DNA of 64,000 bases from Callorhinchus milii (lineage: Eukaryota): contig NW_024704743.1 of assembly GCF_018977255.1 (NCBI RefSeq), positions 66,094,001 through 66,158,000 on the forward strand, in the 5' to 3' direction. The translations under genes were made by a program, and so were the position numbers. Shown piece by piece: positions 51,162-63,120 of this stretch. The notes beneath the pieces are model-generated. The model made no database searches. It had not been told where the DNA came from and was given only the letters and a program-made list of their open reading frames with translations. Positions within the stretch are counted from its first letter, which is position 1; each line of letters starts with the position of its first letter.

Positions 51162-52090
51162 CTACTTTAATCTGTCAAAGGATCCTGGCTACCATTTGCT
51201 GTCTTCTTACCTAAAAAATCTTCTAAAAATTTATAATACTGCTTGATTAGTTCTATCTAACAAATGTGTTCTGTATTTTTTTTCTTTTAAAAAAACATTT
51301 GTTGGATAGGTTGTGTTTTTTTACACACAGATTGTGCTCTTTGAACATAAAATTGTCCGAATGGAGCTAAATCTCATTACTGGTGATGAATAGCAAGGAG
51401 GGCAAAAAAACTCATGGAATTGTTATGTTGGCAGCACATCACTCACATCCCTTCTGAACAATTAAGATAATTTGGATCCCATTCCACTGCACCCTTCAAA
51501 GTCGTGCAATCTAACACGTCTCTGAGATCCAGGTCACTGTTTCAGAGCTAATATTATGCTCAAATAGTGCTATATTGATTGAGCATGTACTACAATGGGA
51601 GTTTTATGCATGAATAAGGAGCAATTGAGGTAAGGATTCAGTGGATTTTACCTTAGTATTTATTAATTAATCAACCAAACTGGAAGCTATATTAGGTTGC
51701 AGCTTGCATCATGGAAAAGTAAATAGCTTTTAGTATAATAAACTTATACATTCTAAAAGGCAATCGCTTTTATTAAACAGCCACTGCAATTCACTCACTG
51801 CTACTAGACTTGACCTTTATACGTTTCACCTCTCTACATAACCACCTGTTTGTCAACTAGCATAGGGTAGGTTTCCTGTAACACTCTCGCCTCTAGGTCT
51901 GATGGTTGTGGGTTCAAGCCCCATATCAGGACTTGAGCTCATCATTCTAGGCTGATGCTGCAGTGCAGTACTGGGGGAGACTTGCATTTTCAGATGTGAA
52001 ACCACAGCCCAGTCTGCCTGTTCTTCAGATGGATATTTGCTATTAATGAGAGTAAAGTCTCAATGCAGATTAAGTTTAAGGCACATAAGA

Positions 52091-52418
52091 TAATAATAAT
52101 ATAATAATAATCCTTGCATTTGATATAGCACTTTTTACATCTTCTAGACGTCCCAAAGCGCTTCACAGATTATACTGTAAAGTGAATTGACTGTATATTT
52201 GTGGGCGAACGCTGCAGCCAATTGCGCACAGCAATGTCCCACAAACAGTCATGGATTGAAAATGACCAATTTATTATTTATTTATTTTTTTGGAGGGATT
52301 ATTATTAGGCTCTGTGTGGAGTAAGGAAACTTGCCCAAGGTTTCGCCCTGCCTGGAATTGAACTCGGGTCTCTGGCTTGCAAAGCGAGTGCTCTAACCAC
52401 TGAGCTACAGGACTCCAC
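52091..52418 (-). mobile_element. Young tRNA-SINE, short variant (TAGAA loop)
   Basis: Reverse complement of full head, body and tail. Confidence 0.92.
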
Positions 52419-52779
52419 AAGATGTGCATCCAAACAATTCTTCATGGTTCTAAATTCCTAGGCATGTAATGGAGGGGTTCCCTTCAACTCATGTGTAAAG
52501 TCTAGGACCAAACAGTGCAGTGGGCTGTGGTTAAAATGGGAAATCAGCTGTGGAGAGGGTTCTGGCCTGTGGTCCGTACCTTGGAGTTGCAGTCAACCTC
52601 AATTTGGGCACATCTATTTGCCAAATCCCCTCGCATTAGGACCTGAATGAAGCAGCTGCTATTGAGTCAGCCTGGAATGTGCTAATGGACTTAAATCTCT
52701 AGTCCAAAACATCAAGGTGGCTGGCATGTCACAAGCTGTCCTATAAATGTCATTCCGCCACACCAAAGGCGGATAATCT

Positions 52780-53092
52780 TTAGATTTGATACAGTGGCAT
52801 CATGTCAGGAGGATGTTTCAAAGTGCTTCACAGGATAAACTATAGTGACTGTGTATTTGTAGGCAAATAAGGCAAATAATTTGCACATAGCTTTGTCCAA
52901 CAAACAGCCTGAAATGAATGATCAATTTTATTCGGAGATTGTTGGCCAAGGATACCAGGTGAAATTCTTGTCTTTTTCGAATAGTTCCATGGGAATTTTA
53001 ACGTCCACCAGACAACACCTTGGTTTAACATCTGATATAAAGGACAGCACCTCCAGCAATACAACACATCCCCAGCATTGCATTGTCAGCCT
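52780..53092 (-). mobile_element. DeuSINE-type SINE
   Basis: TTCGAATAGTTCCATGGGA..TAACGTCCACC..TGGTTTAACATCT..CAGCACCTCC. Confidence 0.7.
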
Positions 53093-53115
53093 ACTGGTTG
53101 AGTAGGGGTCTACTA

Positions 53116-53304
53116 CAGCGGTGGCCAACCTATGGCCCGGGGAACCCTGTAGATTCAAACGAGGCTAAGTAAGTTTGTGTTTGATCAATCAATGCATTTC
53201 CAGGTTTTTCTTGATTGAATTTTCTTCATTTCTGGTATAAATCAAAAAATATTAAAATAAAAAAAATTAACTCTCTGGCTGACCTAAATGGTTGGCCACC
53301 AATA
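53116..53304. mobile_element. hAT-type MITE A
   Basis: TIRs CAGCGGTGGCCAACC / GGTTGGCCACCAATA; 8-bp flanks GTCTACTA / GTCTATTT. Confidence 0.75.
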
Positions 53305-53439
53305 GTCTATTTTATGAGTAAGAGTCTCGCCTCTGAGATAGAAGGTTGTGGGCTCAAGCCCCCTCAACCTTGCTCAGAGATGAGAGTGATAGTGAGGGCT
53401 CAATCCTGCACTTGTTCAATGTCAACTGACCAATCAATG

Positions 53440-53557
53440 TAGTGGTGGCCAACCTTTTTGATTTATGCCATAAATCAATAAATATTCAATCAAGCGACAT
53501 TTATTTTGGTGGCCAACCAAAAAGGACCTGAATGTCCTAAAAGGTTGACCACCACTG
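53440..53557. mobile_element. hAT-type MITE B, same family as A, opposite orientation
   Basis: TIRs TAGTGGTGGCCAACCTTTT / AAAAGGTTGACCACCACTG; 8-bp flanks AATCAATG / AATTAATG. Confidence 0.8.
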
Positions 53558-53561
53558 AATT

Positions 53562-54215
53562 AATGATTATCCTTCATGAGGAGAATGTAAGTGGGGGCTC
53601 CTTAGATTTGAGATGCCTTGTCAACACAATGTTGGAATCGGGTCAATACTCCATGGCAGTCTTGGTAGTTTGGTTCCTGAAACACACAGGTTCCTAGTTA
53701 TACATGGGACAACTGATAACAGACTAGCAAGCCCAGTGCAATGGCAAGACTTGCAGGGACAGATTGGTCATTAGCTGAAGCTCCTGTTAACCTTAAAAGC
53801 TAAAGGACCACCTGTTTGTCAACTAGCGCAGGGTAGGTTTCCTGTGCTAGTTGACAAACAGGTGTGTTGCAAGCTATTTGTCCAGCTAGGACATTGTAAT
53901 CCTAGCTGGATAAACAATGGGAAGCTTGCAACACAGTCTCACAATGGCAAGCTCTGTTATTTTAGCTGATATTATCCCAGCGGACACTCTGTGATCCCCA
54001 AGTCTTGGCTCGTGCCAGCCTATGTCCAATACACTCCAGCGTTTAGGAAAGCAAGGTGTATACCTCCATGGAGAGAATGCAGACTCCATTCTAGACACAA
54101 GGAAATTGCCATGCAAAGGCAGCATTTATATGTGGAATTCTCAGTCTGCTTTGGATATTCAAACATAGTGATAGGCTTTTCTACCTGTGTCAAACACCTG
54201 ACTGATCAAATAAAA
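53562..54215 (+). repeat. Family X, full-length diverged copy containing a hairpin insertion
   Basis: Collinear with 5251-5783; ends TGTGTCAAACACCTGACTGATCAAATAAAA. Confidence 0.75.
53809..53934. repeat. Two abutting inverted repeats
   Basis: Perfect 19-bp arms 53809-53827 / 53846-53864; then GTGTTGCAAGCT..TTTGTCCAGCTAGGA / TCCTAGCTGGATAAA..AGCTTGCAACAC. Confidence 0.9.
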
Positions 54216-55972
54216 CACCAAAGATCCCATGGCACTATTTGAAAAGAGAAGGGAGATTCACTCACTGTCCTGACCAACAATCCAATGGACAATAATTATT
54301 GAAATGTACTTTGTTGATATTTATAGTGTTATAAAAGTCATTTTTTCTTAATAACATTTTTGTTCCAATTTTGTTTTGTGGGTGGCACTTTTGTAACCTC
54401 AGAAACAAAGCTAAGTAATACAAGCTGTTTTGCCTGCAGCACTGGAAGCATCCAGCTTTCTCTCAGCATACTGCTGGTGCAGAGCCTCTTGGCTTTTTAC
54501 GCAAAACTGCGTTCACTATTGTTTATTCTGTGTATGCCCAATGGGTCTCAATTGATTGTAGCTACAAGCGTCTAACCTTTTTCTCTGCACCCGGTCAGAT
54601 TGGCAGAGCACATGGAATAGTACGCAAACATTCATTGGAAAGTTCAACAGTTTGTTCCCTTACTTGTCCGGCTAACCTTTCCCTTAGCCTTTCTGACGCA
54701 AGCAATAATAAAGAATGTTATTTGATCAGAGCAAAAATGCGGAGTAATTTGGGGTTAGAACATTGTTCTGTTTTTAACTTCAAGCGAAATCATTCTTCTC
54801 GTTTAGTCCAATGTAATTATAATGTACTACGCATTTGAATTGATTCACCACAAAAATAGGTTGGTTGAACGCAAAGCCCGCAGTACAACTGATAGAACTG
54901 ACTGATTTGGTTCAATAGCAGTGATGGGAGACCTGGCTGAAAAGGCAGTCTCATGCCATTTTGGCTTGTCACCAACTCTGGAGAAGTTGATGCCAAATAA
55001 ACTTTTCAAATTGAGAAACAAAGTATGATATGTGTGTGGAAGGTACAGTCCGACTGACTCTTCACTAACCATTAGAAGCACTTTGTTGAGACGGAGTGCC
55101 AAGACTAATGTACACAACAGCTTGTCCTTGCTGTTGGTCTACACTGCTCTCCTGCAGTTATTGACTTGATACCAATGTGTACCACAGTCTTCAATGTACC
55201 GGAAGCACAACAGAATGATGCTGTACTGTCTGAGTTTCATTTTATCACAAGTAAAAATATTCTTGACACTGGCCTGTTCCACATCCCCCTTCACCCAACC
55301 ATCAGTGGGCAAGGCTTGCCCCTGCTCTCTGAAACAGTTTGAGTATAACCATTTGCCTTAATCTTCACTCCACTTTTAAAACCCTGAAACTTACTTCTTT
55401 GACTTTGTCTTTTACCAGATTTATTGGCTCTTTTCTCAACCGAGAAATAGCCTGAAAGCAAAATGCCAGTTGTGAACTTCCAGTTTGATAACACAAATTT
55501 ACAATAGGTAACCTCTTTGTTGTGCAGTCAACATGGACTAAAGGTTTTGGCAAGCACAAATATTAATTCATTAATATAATTGCCCAAATATCCTTCTGCA
55601 AATTTAAGAAAGGCTAAGTAAGAGAACAGGCTTAATGTGTGACTAAAATATTGAAAATAGGTCATAGGATTTTACAGCTACAATAATGGTATGATTACTA
55701 TTGTACTACTACAATGGCCTACTCCATGTGGCATGCCCACCATTGGTGGCCGTGCTTTCAGCCACTTGCTGACCCTCTCTGGAACTCCATTCCCCTGTAA
55801 ATTTAAATTTGCTTCTTACTTTTATTGACAATGTTAGGCAATTGCTGGTCATTTATACCTACATTTGGAGTTATTTCCACCTTTACGTGCTATGAGTTTT
55901 TGGAGGTGGAGATGTCAGGAACCTCAAGGGTGGGGTAGGATAGCTATTGCCACCAATGAAGAAACTCTATCC

Positions 55973-56272
55973 TTTTTGTTTGTCTGACACATGCAAAAAC
56001 CCATCACAATGCTTAAGAGGATCAAAACCAGACTGAGAATTTTATATATATGTATATATATTTATAAGCATGACATCTATGGATGGATATATTCTTGTGT
56101 CTGTAAAGGAACTTGCACTCTTTCCCCAGAGCTGCACTCCATGCTTAGCTAATTCTATATCATATTAGGAGCAGGTTGGCAGAAGTGTAACCCAGCTGGA
56201 GTAAAACCACATAGCTTACTATTGCGAGCAATGTCTGGCATGCTTCTTGATACTTGTCCTGATCAGACCACT
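55973..56272 (-). repeat. Family X, 3' half
   Basis: T-run then TGTCTGACACATGC..CATCACAATGCTTAAGAG..AAACCAGACTGAGA. Confidence 0.7.
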
Positions 56273-57890
56273 GTACCCATTTACGTTTTGGCTTTTTTTA
56301 ACATGATTAACAGAGGCCAAGTGCTCTATCGTTAAAGAGACAAGATTCCAATGTTAGGTAAATCCAATAACTTGGAGAGAAAACACAAGACTTATTTTAT
56401 TGATTATGGAATTAATTTAAAAAATTAACAGAAAGTAAGTAAATAGTTTGCAACGGTTTAGGTAACTAAAGGTTTTGTTATACCGTACAGCAGATCTATA
56501 TGTGGGATTGTAAAATATTGCAGGTGTTTAACACACTCTTCACTTTTGTGTGTCAGCATGGCTCAGTTGGTTGCACACATGCCTCTTTTTGATTAGTGCC
56601 ATGGGATCTTTAACATTCACCTGAATGGTCAGACGGTGAAGGAATGGATGATATATCTCAATTCAGAATTGATTAGGAAAAATTAAAAGGGAAATAGATA
56701 CTTGGTAAGTAAAGCTATTAAGAAATATGGAGAAAAAGCCAGGGAAATTCAATTCAATGATCTGCCTTGGTCTATAAAGTGACAGAATAGCATCAATGGG
56801 CTGAATAGATTCATTCTGGTTTTATGGTACCTTTGTTACCAAATCCACTTTGGAGTTATGCTTCAATTTAGATCACAATTCTGTTCAGTCAACAAACTGA
56901 TCCTGGTGAGGGCAGTGATTCCAATCTTTGCATTTTGTGTTTGGGATTAAAGGTTCTGTCAACAAGATCCCTTTTATTATGTATTTCTTCTCAAAGCAAC
57001 ATTATTAATCATTGCATTAATCATTGTTTCTGCATCTGTTTCTCCCATTCATTTGATTTTGAAACCAAGTCTTTTTTTCTTTGCTTGTTCAGCATTCCCC
57101 GCCCTTTCATTACAGTGCTTTGGTCTTCAGAGATGGGCTCTTCAATTATGGTGCATGTAATTGGTTCTCTTTGTTTGATTGGGAAAGGTCACATTGGCTT
57201 TGATCTCCTCAGCAGTGTGAATTCTTGCAGCCCCAGTGACTTTATTACCCCCTTAGTTCAGTCTGTGGTTGGCAGTGATGCTTTAGTCTTGCACATTGAT
57301 GTGGTTGGGCTATAAATGGTCATCATGATACATTCTGCACTTTAACCAGGTGTAATTTTGCTAACATTATCCCCCACATGAATTCTTGGTTTCACGCAAC
57401 CTTCATCACCTGGAATGGAGATAGGCAACCCTGGCTGCATCATGCTATGGTATTAATATCAGTGTGATAATTCTCACAGCAAAATCATAAGCCTTTGTTT
57501 TATTTTTCACTGAATGGGAACCCCAAGCTATGATCTTAGAATTTCAAATAAAAACAGTGGATGTGTTGCAATTGCATGCAGGAGCTAACAATCAAACACA
57601 ATCAATCAAACAGGAATAACTCCAGATGATGTCTAATAGGTTATTAAATAAACAATGATAACATTAGTTACAATGCTCTCTCATTACAAATCATAATACA
57701 ATTATCTGACCCTACGGTCAGATCCTGGTACTAGATTGGTCAGATTTTTTATTTGGCCAACTTCTGTTTGACTCAATTAATTCACCAGGTTCTAAATTTG
57801 AGCCTCATTTCTGGACTTTGCATCATAATATAGGCTGATAGTAGTTCTGAGTCTCTAGCTCTGCTTTATTGGAGGTGACTTTATTAGATT

Positions 57891-58062
57891 ATAATAATAA
57901 TTCTTGGATTTGATATAGTTCTTTTCACGTCTTGTGGATGTCTCAAAGCGCTTCACAGAATATGCTGTAAAGCGAATTGACCGTATATTTGTGGGCGAAA
58001 CACGGCAGCCAATTGCGCACAGCAGTGTCCCACAAACAGTCGTGGATTGAAAATTACCAATT
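57891..58062 (-). mobile_element. tRNA-SINE 3' half
   Basis: Reverse complement of the SINE body and tail. Confidence 0.85.
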
Positions 58063-58756
58063 TTGGGGGGGAGGGAACAGTTGTTAACACTGTTACTGAG
58101 GTTGCAGCTTTCCTCTTGAAAGTGATGTTACTGGAATGCATAACACAAAATCTCATTTCTGAAACAATCTCAGGGCAAAACCAAGGACTCGCAAGTTGGT
58201 GTGTTGTACAGGGATTCTCTTCTGAAAACTGTCTGCACAGCAGCCTATTCCTCAACCAATGAAGAGTTTATTGACTAAAGATTGCTGGGGTCACATCATA
58301 AGAGGCACCCTATCAACAAAATTTTCCATTTAAAACTTGGTAGTGGAAGCTGTAAGCATGAATAAGGAGTTCAGTTCAGGTTAAATATCCTGTTGTTTCA
58401 CACAATTTACTTGAACCATGGAGTGATTGTAAGCAGATTTTATCTATGATTAGTCACCTCCCACAAGAGATCAAATAAATTGTGTAAGATCCATGACAGA
58501 GCAAACTGTATGTGGAAGCAACAATGGTGATGAGAGAATGGTCTTTTCTCACTGAATAATTTCTTGTAACCTGATATTTCTTCCTGATGGTTGTGAAATT
58601 TTGGAATTACAGTCCTTCTAAGTCTGACAAAAAGCTCTGAGGAATTATCTTACATGAAGAGCACTATATAAATGCATGTTGTTGTTGACTATATAGGATT
58701 ATAATTCTGGAAGTATTGAGGACCAATGGATCAGATGAGCCTTATCACTGCTCTTA

Positions 58757-59217
58757 CAACAACATCAACAACAAAATTACATTTTTATAGCGCCTTTCAC
58801 ATCGGGAGGAATCCCAAGGCATTGGACAATCAGTGTTTCAGACCCGAGTTGGGGGTCAGGATCACGGAGGGTGGAGGGCAGGGGGAAAGGAGGTCGAAGA
58901 GGAGGGTCTTGAGATGGGTCTTGAAGGAGGGGAAAAAGCTTAAGCACTGCAGGATGAAGTTCCAGAGGGTGGGGGCAGAGTGGCTGAAGGCTCATTCGCA
59001 AATGGTGGGGTGGGCGATGAGCGGAGGGAGCGGGCAGGTTGGTAGAGGGTTAGGAGGTGGCAGGGGTAGGGGGGAGCAAGGCCATGGAGGGCTTTGAAGG
59101 TGAAGACCAGGATCTCGAACTGTTTCTTTCTGTGTGATGGGAAGCCAATCGAGTCAGGTAAGGATGGGAGTGATAGGGTCATGGAGCCTGGTGCAGGAGA
59201 AGACACAGGTTGCAGAT
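58757..59217 (-). mobile_element. L2-clade LINE 3' fragment
   Basis: (CAA)n, L2 tail, FEILVFTFKALHGLAPPY motif. Confidence 0.88.
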
Positions 59218-59484
59218 TGGACAGAAACCTCTGCTTTACGGACAAAGCTCTAGCAGAGCTCAGTGCATATTATTTTTCTTGCACTCAAGCCTGCACTTTA
59301 TCTCTGGGACAAATCCGCCATCCTCTGAGATCCACTGGCACAAGTCCTTTTTTGGTCCTAAAATGATTGAATAATAAGAGAAAAATGTAAATATTTAATA
59401 TATCGTTAACGACTGGCAGTGCAAAATGCCTGTAATGACAAACTGGCCTGTTTACCATTGGGTGATACGCAACAGGCACCCAGG

Positions 59485-59710
59485 TGAAAATCCAGACTGC
59501 ACGTCCCCGATGGTTCAGTTGGTAAAGACAGTGCCCAGTGGGGAACAACAACCAGGAAGGCATCAGGTTCAATCCTCAGTCTGTGCTGAACACTCATCCC
59601 GGGTGGCTTTAGGAAGATGCTACACTGCTGCGAGCAGGGACAGCGGAAAAATCAGCCAAGGTTTTCACTCCTAATCACTGTCCAGTGATCAGGGCTGAAA
59701 ATGGTGCATT
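59485..59710 (+). mobile_element. Third, older tRNA-headed SINE-like element
   Basis: A-box-like TGGTTCAGTTGG and B-box-like GGTTCAATCC followed by GTCTGTGCTGA..AAAATCAGCCA; body unrelated to the other two SINEs. Confidence 0.55.
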
Positions 59711-59921
59711 GGAATGAAAAAAGCAGAATAAAAACAAACCATTCCAAAGAAATTATCACTAGAGACTTAGTGTCGTTATTAAGAATGCCTATTTGAAATC
59801 ACCGTGTTTTGTCCTGATTTCCTATGTAATTTATTAATGTTCGGGAGAGAATTGAAGCTTCACACCAGTAGTAGTGGAGTCTGTGTATGTGCAGGTGAGT
59901 GGATGGGGAGGAGGGTTGTCT

Positions 59922-60863
59922 CAACAACCACAAGAAGATTACATTTGTATAGCGCCTTTCACGTGGGGAGGACGTCCCAAGGCACTGGACAGTGTACAGC
60001 ATTTCAGACCCGAGCTGGGGTTGGGAGGGTAAGGGAGGGGAGGGAAGGGGGGGTGGCCGATGGCATGGTTGAAGAGGAGGGACTTGAAGGAGGCTAAGGA
60101 GGGGGCGAGGCAGAGTGACTGGGGGATAGAATTCCAGAGGTTGGGGGCAGAGTGGCTGAAGGCTCTCCTGCCAATAGTGGGACAGTGGGTCGGGGGATGT
60201 GGAGCAGGCCAGAGCCGGCTGAGCGGAGGGAATGGGCACCTGTTAGGGGGTTAGGAGGGGGTTAGGGGCAAGGCCAGGGAGTGCTTTGTACGTGAGGACC
60301 AGGATCTTGAACTGGATCCTCTGAAGGATAGGGAGCCAGTAGAGTCGGACGAGAATGGGGGAGATGGGGTCATGGAGTTTGGTGCGGGAGAGGACACGGA
60401 CTGCAGAGTTCTGGATTATCTGCAGCCTGTGGAGGGATGAGTTGGGAAGGCCGACAAGCAGGGCATTTGCATAGTCGAGCCTGGAGGTAATGAAGGCATG
60501 AACAAGGGTTTTGGCGGCCTGAGGGGTGAGGTAGTGGCGGAGTCAGGCGATGTTACGGAAGTGAGGGAAGGCAGAGCGGGTCATGGCTTGGATGTGGGGA
60601 AGAAAAGACAGTTGAGTGTCGACCAAGACACCTAGGTTCCTGGCTGGCTTGGTGAGTTGTAGTGTGCAACCATGGAGGTTGATGCTGCCAGAGCTTGAGG
60701 TGCTGAGGCGCTGGCGCGAGGCAATCAGGAGGGCCTCAGTCTTGTTCATATTCAACTGAAAGAAATTTGCCCTCATCTAGGACTTGATGTCCGACAGGCA
60801 GTCTGTCAGGACAGCAGTGGTCCTGGAGTTGAGGGCGGAGGCAGAAAGATAGAGTTGGGTGTC
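59922..60863 (-). mobile_element. L2-clade LINE, 5'-truncated
   Basis: MRANFFQLNMNKTEALLI..ARNLGV; full L2 tail; truncated at DTQLYLS. Confidence 0.93.
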
Positions 60864-61160
60864 TGTAAAGTGAATTGACTATATATTTAGTGGTCAAAAC
60901 GCAGAAATCAATTGCGGGCAACAGTGTCCCACAAACAGTTGTGGATTGAGATGTTTGGCAACAGAATGTCTCGGTAGTCTGGTTCCTAAGCCAGGCGAGT
61001 TTGCAATGCTCCAAGGTACCCTAATGAGAATGTATTCTCCCAAATCCTCATAGAGTAGTGCACTCCCGGCTGACTCCCAAACCAAACAAGCTGCCATACT
61101 CCTGTTGTCCCCATCCTGGCCTTGGCAACCTCCATTGGCTCCATGTCCCACAACGGATCG

Positions 61161-61286
61161 ATTTGCATAGTCGAGCCTGGAGGTAATGAAGGCATGAACA
61201 AGAGTTTCAGCGGCCTGAGGGGTAAGGTAGTAGCGGAGTCGGGCAATGTTACGGAGGTGAGGGAAGGCAGAGCGCGTCATGGCTTG
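61161..61286 (-). mobile_element. Short internal L2 fragment, near copy of 60465-60590
   Basis: About 9 differences in 126 nt by manual count. Confidence 0.85.
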
Positions 61287-61373
61287 AATTTCTCAGCTCA
61301 CAGCAAAATCCATGTACTCTGGGATGCTACCCCACGTGAAGGGTGCTTTGTAAAGGCAAGTTGTTGTTGTATA

Positions 61374-63120
61374 CCTAGCTACCGGCCCATCTCAAATCTC
61401 CCCTTCCTATCCAAGGTTCTTGAGAGAGCCGTTACCTCCCAGCTTCGCTCTTTCCTCTCCTCTCACTCCCTCCATGAACCCCTCCAATCAGGTGTCCATG
61501 CTGCCCAAGGTCACAAACGACATCCTGACCGTGTGTAAACAGGTCCCTCTGCCTCCTTGTCCTCCTCGATCTCTCCACCCTTGACACCATGGACCACTTA
61601 ATTCTCCTCCACCGCCTCTCCTCCCACCTTAACCTTCAAGGTTCTGTCCTTGACTGGATTAGGTCCTACCTTTTACACCGCCTCCACTTCGTCACTCCTC
61701 CAGCCCCTGCACTGTCTCGTGCGGTTTTCCTCAGAGCTCTGCCCTCGGTCCCCTCCTCTTCACCCTCTACATGCTCCCCCTTGGTGGCGTCATCCGCAGA
61801 CATGGGGTAAATTTCTACCTGTATGTGGATGACACCCAACTCTACCTCTCTGCCTCCACCCTGAACTGCAGGACTATGGAGGTCCTGACCGACTGCCTAT
61901 CTGACATCAAGTCCTGGACAAGGGCCAACTTTCTCCAACTCAATGTCAGCAAGACCGAGGCCCTCCTGATTGGCTCGCGCCAGCGTCTCAGGCGCTGGCG
62001 GCAACAACCTCCATGGCTACACACTCAACCTCACTAAGCCAGTCAAGAGCATGGGTAACTTGTTTGACCCTGAACTGTTCTTTCTCCCCCACATCCGCGC
62101 AATGACTGGCACTGCCTACCACCACCTCCGCAATATTGTCAAGACTCCGCCACTGCCTCACCCCTCAGGTTGCCGAGACCCTCACCCATGCATTCGTCAC
62201 CTCAAGGTTTGATTATGGGAACTCCCTCCTCATTGGCCTTCTCAACTCTTCCCTTCACAAGCTGCAGATCATCCAGAACTCTGTAGCTCGTGTACTCTCA
62301 TGCACCAGGCTCTGTGACCCCATCATTCCCACCCTCGCCCAACTCCACTGGTTCCCCATCCCCCAGATGATCAGGATCCTCGTCCTCACCTTTAAGGCCA
62401 TCCATGGCCTTGCCCCCTCCTATCTCTCTGACCTGCTGACACCCTATGAGCCTGCCCACTCCCTCCGTTCTTCGGGCTCCGGCCTACTCCATGTCTCCCA
62501 CCTAAACCCGCTCTACCATCGGTGGCCAAACTTTCAGCCTCTTTGTCCCTACACAGGGTGGAGTCCTGTAGCTCAGTGGTTAGAGCACTCGCTTTGCAAG
62601 TGAGAGACCTGGGTTCAATTCCAGGCAGGGCGAAACCTTGGGCAAGTTTCCTTACTCCACACGCCTAATAATAATCCCTCCAAAACAAAAAACAATAATA
62701 AATTGGTCATTTTCAATCTACGACTGTTTGTGGGACACTGCTGTGCGCAATTGGCTGCCGCGTTCGCCCACAAATATACAGTCAATTCACTTTATAGTAT
62801 ATTCTGTGAAGCACTTTGGGACGTCCTCCCGACGTGAAAAGCGCTATATCAAATGCAAGGATTATTATTATTATTATTATTACACTCTGGAACTCCATGC
62901 CATGGTCCCTTCGCCTTGCTTCCTCCCTTGCCTCCTTCAAGGTCGGTCTCAAGACCCTTCTCTTCGACCTTGCCTTTGGTCTGCCTTCCACCTCCCTGTC
63001 TTCCGTCACCCCTACACCACCCCTCCCCCATGCTCGGGCTCCAACACCTGACGGTTCAGCGTTTTGGGATGTCCTCCTGACGTGAAAAGCTCTCTATAAA
63101 TGTAATTTTGTTGTTGTTGT
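61374..63120 (+). mobile_element. L2-clade LINE RT pseudogene, interrupted by a SINE
   Basis: SYRPISNLPFLSKVLER; YLYVDDTQLYLS; HAFVTSRFDYGNSLL..LHWFP; (TTG)n tail. Confidence 0.95.
62558..62880 (+). mobile_element. Young tRNA-Ala-like SINE, short variant, full length (CTCCC loop)
   Basis: Intact A and B boxes; TACAC duplicated at 62550-62554 and 62881-62885. Confidence 0.95.

Noticed and set aside
55265..55415. TDGW motif suggesting a hAT transposase on the minus strand
   Set aside because: The plus strand is a degraded L2 3' region, so the motif is coincidental
56935..57315. 126-aa hydrophobic ORF
   Set aside because: Non-ATG start, T-rich composition explains the hydrophobicity, no recognisable domain
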